Source: an uncultured virus (IMG/VR IMGVR_UViG_3300026457_000001) (taxonomy: Duplodnaviria > Heunggongvirae > Uroviricota > Caudoviricetes). From it: a DNA stretch of 20,000 nt. Below the pieces are notes generated by a model. That model saw only the letters and a list, made by a program, of their open reading frames with translations, searched no databases and was not told the origin of the DNA. Both the position numbers and the translations under genes were made by a program. The stretch lies in the IMG/VR virus record IMGVR_UViG_3300026457_000001; one strand, written 5' to 3'. Shown here in pieces: positions 16,815 to 20,000 of the stretch. Numbering within the stretch: position 1 is the stretch's first letter; each line of letters opens with the position of its first letter.

Positions 16815-16999
16815 CACTTTTTACCTTTGGGTTTGCGAGCCTTGCCAGCTTCGGATAGAGCAATGGCGATGGCCTGTTTACGGCTTTTGACGGTTGGGCC
16901 TTTGCCGGGGCCTTGCTTGCCGCTTTTCAGCGTTCCGGCCTTGTACTCGCTCATCACCTTGCTGATTTTCTTCTCGGCTTTGGTCGGCTTCTTTGCCAT
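16814..16999 (-). CDS. Small basic protein, DUF6496-like
   Basis: KISKVMSEYKAGTLKSG...VKSRKQAIAIALSEA motif. ATG at 16999, with GTG 17002 as an alternative start. Confidence 0.8.
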   Translation of the reverse strand: MAKKPTKAEKKISKVMSEYKAGTLKSGKQGPGKGPTVKSRKQAIAIALSEAGKARKPKGKK

Positions 17000-17159
17000 C
17001 ACGCCAGTCGGTAACTGCCATCAATTTAATGCCGAGATCAGGCGTGAACCATCCTTCGTTCGTGTAGATGGCATTGATCCATGTTTCGCCAACCAAGGCG
17101 TATAACGGATCGCTGTAAACGTAGCCGTCGCGGAAATGCTTAAGGCTCGGGTTTTCCAT
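16878..17159 (-). CDS. Hypothetical protein overlapping the DUF6496-like gene
   Basis: 93-aa ORF whose start overlaps the minor head gene end. The N-terminal ~53 aa fill the intergenic gap and are aromatic-rich. Confidence 0.5.
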   Translation of the reverse strand: MENPSLKHFRDGYVYSDPLYALVGETWINAIYTNEGWFTPDLGIKLMAVTDWRDGKEADQSREENQQGDERVQGRNAEKRQARPRQRPNRQKP

Positions 17160-18450
17160 ATCTCTGCTGTAGCTGTTTCAGGCTAACTTCGCTGCCGTCT
17201 TCGCGCACAAAGCGAGCAAGTGCCTGCTGTGGGCCTAGTTCTTTGCTGAGCTTTTCAAAGTACGGGAGGCGTGATTTACCCAGGACTTCGGCTTGATATT
17301 CCTTGGACTGGCGTTGCAGCCATTGCCCGTAGTTTGTGTCAGCTGAAACCTGACCGCCTTCTGCAGCGCGACGCGCAGGGCCGATCACTTCCTCAGGCGG
17401 ACGCAGGCCAAGGGCGCGGTAGTCAACGATTGGGATTGTGGTGCTACGGCAGTTGAAGTGCACCGGTGGCATTGGGCCTTCGCCGTACTTGAATTCCTTC
17501 CCGTCAAGGCTGCGGCAGATCGCTGAGGTGCGGCTGTCCAGCGTGGCAAGGTAACGGTACTTTTTGGTTACGTCTTGATTGGCGCGGTAGACCTGTTGGC
17601 TGGCTTCGTTGGCAACCTGCTGCACGCTCGTGCGAACAACGGTCAATACCTGATGATCAGCCATTTTGGTTAGCTCACCACCGGCTTGGGCCTGTTGCCG
17701 TGCGGTCTTGGCAAGTTGGCCAAACTCAAGGTTGCCGACCATGCGCCGAGCGATCTGCGGTGTCGGTTCACCTGACAAGATGCCGGTGCGCACGATGGTG
17801 TTAAACCGCTGGGACTGTGACTCGGCTAATCCGCGAAACGCCTTTTGAACCACCTCGCCGTTAGGTAGTGTGATGGCTGCGCCTTGTGCTGCGGTCAGGT
17901 TGAACTGGCCCGTACCTGGCAACGTGAAGTTCAGATCTGTCGGATCAACGCCGGCGACACTGGCCGCAAAGTTTGGCGCAACCTCAACGGTGTTGACTGC
18001 CTGCTGAGCCACGACGCTGGGCTCAATGCCACGGCCACCAACTTCGCCACCGGCAACAGCAAGACGAAGCTGTTCAGTGACGAATTCCGTTTGCAGCTCA
18101 GCCAAGCCTTGAAGTTCACGGGAGGTATAGGCAGTGCTGCGATCTGCCCAGCCGTCTAGCGATTCCTTGAGCTGAGCAAGAATGACGCGCAAACGCTGCG
18201 CCTGTACAGATGACGGGCTGACAATGCCTGCGCCTGCGGTTGCCTCACCGAAATCAATGCGCTTCAGATCGTCAACGGCGCTGATGATGATGGCGTTGTA
18301 ATCCCGCACGATTTGCCGCGCAACAGCATTACTGAAACGGTTCAGATCAATGGCGTTGCGGTAGATATTGGCAACAGGATTGCTGCGGTCAATCTTCCGC
18401 TTGAATTGCTCAACGTTGAGCAGGCGAGGTGTAACGCCCGATTGCGTCAT
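17140..18450 (-). CDS. Minor head / head morphogenesis protein (Mu gpF / SPP1 gp7-like)
   Basis: YRYLATLDSRTSAICRSLDG...PPVHFNCRST motif; follows the portal gene with an ATGA overlap. Confidence 0.92.
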   Translation of the reverse strand: MTQSGVTPRLLNVEQFKRKIDRSNPVANIYRNAIDLNRFSNAVARQIVRDYNAIIISAVDDLKRIDFGEATAGAGIVSPSSVQAQRLRVILAQLKESLDGWADRSTAYTSRELQGLAELQTEFVTEQLRLAVAGGEVGGRGIEPSVVAQQAVNTVEVAPNFAASVAGVDPTDLNFTLPGTGQFNLTAAQGAAITLPNGEVVQKAFRGLAESQSQRFNTIVRTGILSGEPTPQIARRMVGNLEFGQLAKTARQQAQAGGELTKMADHQVLTVVRTSVQQVANEASQQVYRANQDVTKKYRYLATLDSRTSAICRSLDGKEFKYGEGPMPPVHFNCRSTTIPIVDYRALGLRPPEEVIGPARRAAEGGQVSADTNYGQWLQRQSKEYQAEVLGKSRLPYFEKLSKELGPQQALARFVREDGSEVSLKQLQQRYGKPEP

Positions 18451-19931
18451 TGCATTTCATCGTCAAGGCTTTCCCCGCTTGGGGTTTCCTCGCCCATCAC
18501 GTCTTCAGAGCCAAGGTTTTCAGGGCCGCCAAGCTCAATCAATCCACCAGATTGCGTGGCTTCCAGTTCTTCCTCAACATCAAAGTCATCGCCCAATACT
18601 TCACCTTGTGCAAGCTGATCAAGAAGTGTTTTCTGACTGATCACGCCAGCGGTGTAGGTCTGCAGCAACGCAGTGATTTCGGCAGGCTCAAGGCGTGCAC
18701 CAATGAAGTCACGATTGACGTAGCTGCTGCCGGATTGCGCTTGGCCGAGGTAGTCAGCGTGATAACGCAGGCAGTTATCAATCAGATCCTGCACCTGCTG
18801 TGCGATCACCATCATGGTGGAATCGCCTTGGCTCCGATCAATGCGCTTTGCCTCGGCGGTTTCAGCACTCAGTTTTTGGCCAAGGATGGCGGACAGGCCA
18901 AGTTCGTTGATCTGCGCTGCCAGTTGAGCAAGACGATCAAACTGCGACTTGAAACTGTTACCACTGGGTTCGATGTATTCAGCGCGGCCTTCAGACGGAA
19001 AGGCGATGGCCTCACCAGGACCGGCGCTTACTTCCTCGGCGCTAGACGGGAAGCCGAAGAATGCCAGCATCGGCACTGCCGAGATGTGCAGCATGTTGTC
19101 CAGATCGCTCTGGATTTGGTAGGTCTTGAGGTTTAGCTCGGCAATGTCTTCCAGCGGCGGGCGCGACTCAAGTAGGCCAACACGGTTGGAGTAGGCAGTG
19201 GCGAACGGGATGTAATCAAGGCTGGTGGTTCCTTCGGCCACCTGTTCAAAGCTTCCCTTAGTGTCGTCTTGACGGAATAAGGCGTAAGAACCTGGCTTCA
19301 GTACACGCACCTGCTGTACAACCTTTTCGCCGTATTCACCATCGGGCACTGTTACCTGTTCCATCAGGCGAAGCTGCGTCAGTTGCTGTGCGCCGTTGAT
19401 CAACTCAGAACGCCAGCCAAGAATGTCACGCGGCGTATAGGTAACCCAGTAAGGACGCAATGCAGAGGCGTCAGTGATGTTTTGCAGTTCGCTGTCGTCT
19501 TGACTGGGGAAATCAACGAGAACACCAGCGTGGCCGTAACGGATTACTTTCCTCGCTAATTCGTAAACATAAATGTTTAGATCATTGCCCTGAAGATCTA
19601 CATCAAATAACTGCTCACGAATAACATCAGGCACGTCGTCAAGACGCACAGGCTTACGGGTCAACATGCCCGCCAACATGCGTTCAAGCCGTTGGTAGTA
19701 AGGCGGACAAACAGAACGCGCTAGGCGGTTGTCGTAGCTGTCGTCTTGCTCGCGTGGTTCCTGTGGCAGGTAACGCCGATGCTTACGGCGCATTCCATAA
19801 GTGCCCTGCAACAGGTCTTCGATCAGAATCCAATGCGGCTCTTGTGCCTGCCAAACTGCGTTGGGATCCTGAACCTGCGTAGCCGTGCGCGTCAGATTCC
19901 GGTCGTAGTGCCTGAAACCGGTGTACGTCAT
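18447..19931 (-). CDS. Portal protein (DUF4055-type)
   Basis: 494 aa; 'YLPQEPRE...Y.NRL', 'DVDLQGNDL', 'YGHAGVLVD' and 'PPLEDIAELNL..YQ..SD' motifs. Upstream of the gpF-like gene. Confidence 0.92.
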   Translation of the reverse strand: MTYTGFRHYDRNLTRTATQVQDPNAVWQAQEPHWILIEDLLQGTYGMRRKHRRYLPQEPREQDDSYDNRLARSVCPPYYQRLERMLAGMLTRKPVRLDDVPDVIREQLFDVDLQGNDLNIYVYELARKVIRYGHAGVLVDFPSQDDSELQNITDASALRPYWVTYTPRDILGWRSELINGAQQLTQLRLMEQVTVPDGEYGEKVVQQVRVLKPGSYALFRQDDTKGSFEQVAEGTTSLDYIPFATAYSNRVGLLESRPPLEDIAELNLKTYQIQSDLDNMLHISAVPMLAFFGFPSSAEEVSAGPGEAIAFPSEGRAEYIEPSGNSFKSQFDRLAQLAAQINELGLSAILGQKLSAETAEAKRIDRSQGDSTMMVIAQQVQDLIDNCLRYHADYLGQAQSGSSYVNRDFIGARLEPAEITALLQTYTAGVISQKTLLDQLAQGEVLGDDFDVEEELEATQSGGLIELGGPENLGSEDVMGEETPSGESLDDEMQ

Positions 19932-20000
19932 CTTTTGCGCCTAGCCATGCACAAAGTCTATGGGTATAGGTTAATCGTGAATGATGGCTGGGCCTCCGAT

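Noticed and set aside
18450..19136. 228-aa plus-strand ORF and the many other short antisense or alternate-frame ORFs in the track
   Set aside because: They lie fully opposite or inside well-supported structural genes and show no protein-like signatures.
19958..20000. Possible 3' end of an upstream gene (...SEAQPSFTINLYP*), perhaps terminase
   Set aside because: Too short to identify.

Overview
The window is the virion morphogenesis module of a long-tailed (siphovirus-type) dsDNA phage or prophage, almost entirely on the minus strand. In transcription order: portal, Mu gpF-like minor head protein, a cluster of small basic/acidic ORFs, scaffold, major capsid, putative decoration protein, an HNH endonuclease inserted on the opposite strand, head-tail adaptor, three tandem paralogous ~80-aa genes, head closure, HK97 gp10-like protein, tail terminator, tail tube, tail assembly chaperone with a probable frameshift extension, tape measure, gpL-like, NlpC/P60-like, hub/gpJ-like, Dit/gpM-like, two more tail-tube-fold paralogues, and the start of a tail fibre. 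The gene set resembles picocyanobacterial siphoviruses (recalled similarity, not searched). Most notable observations: (1) a chaperone G/GT arrangement that can only be joined by a +1 (or -2) shift, not the usual -1; (2) a diverged tandem triplet of neck-region genes; (3) three tube-fold genes and a rearranged tail-tip order; (4) a recurrent TAC-loop hairpin and a TAGACT-like box in intergenic leaders; (5) an antisense HNH insertion beside a gene with an apparent ATC start. All product calls come from motif recognition and synteny; no database searches were run.
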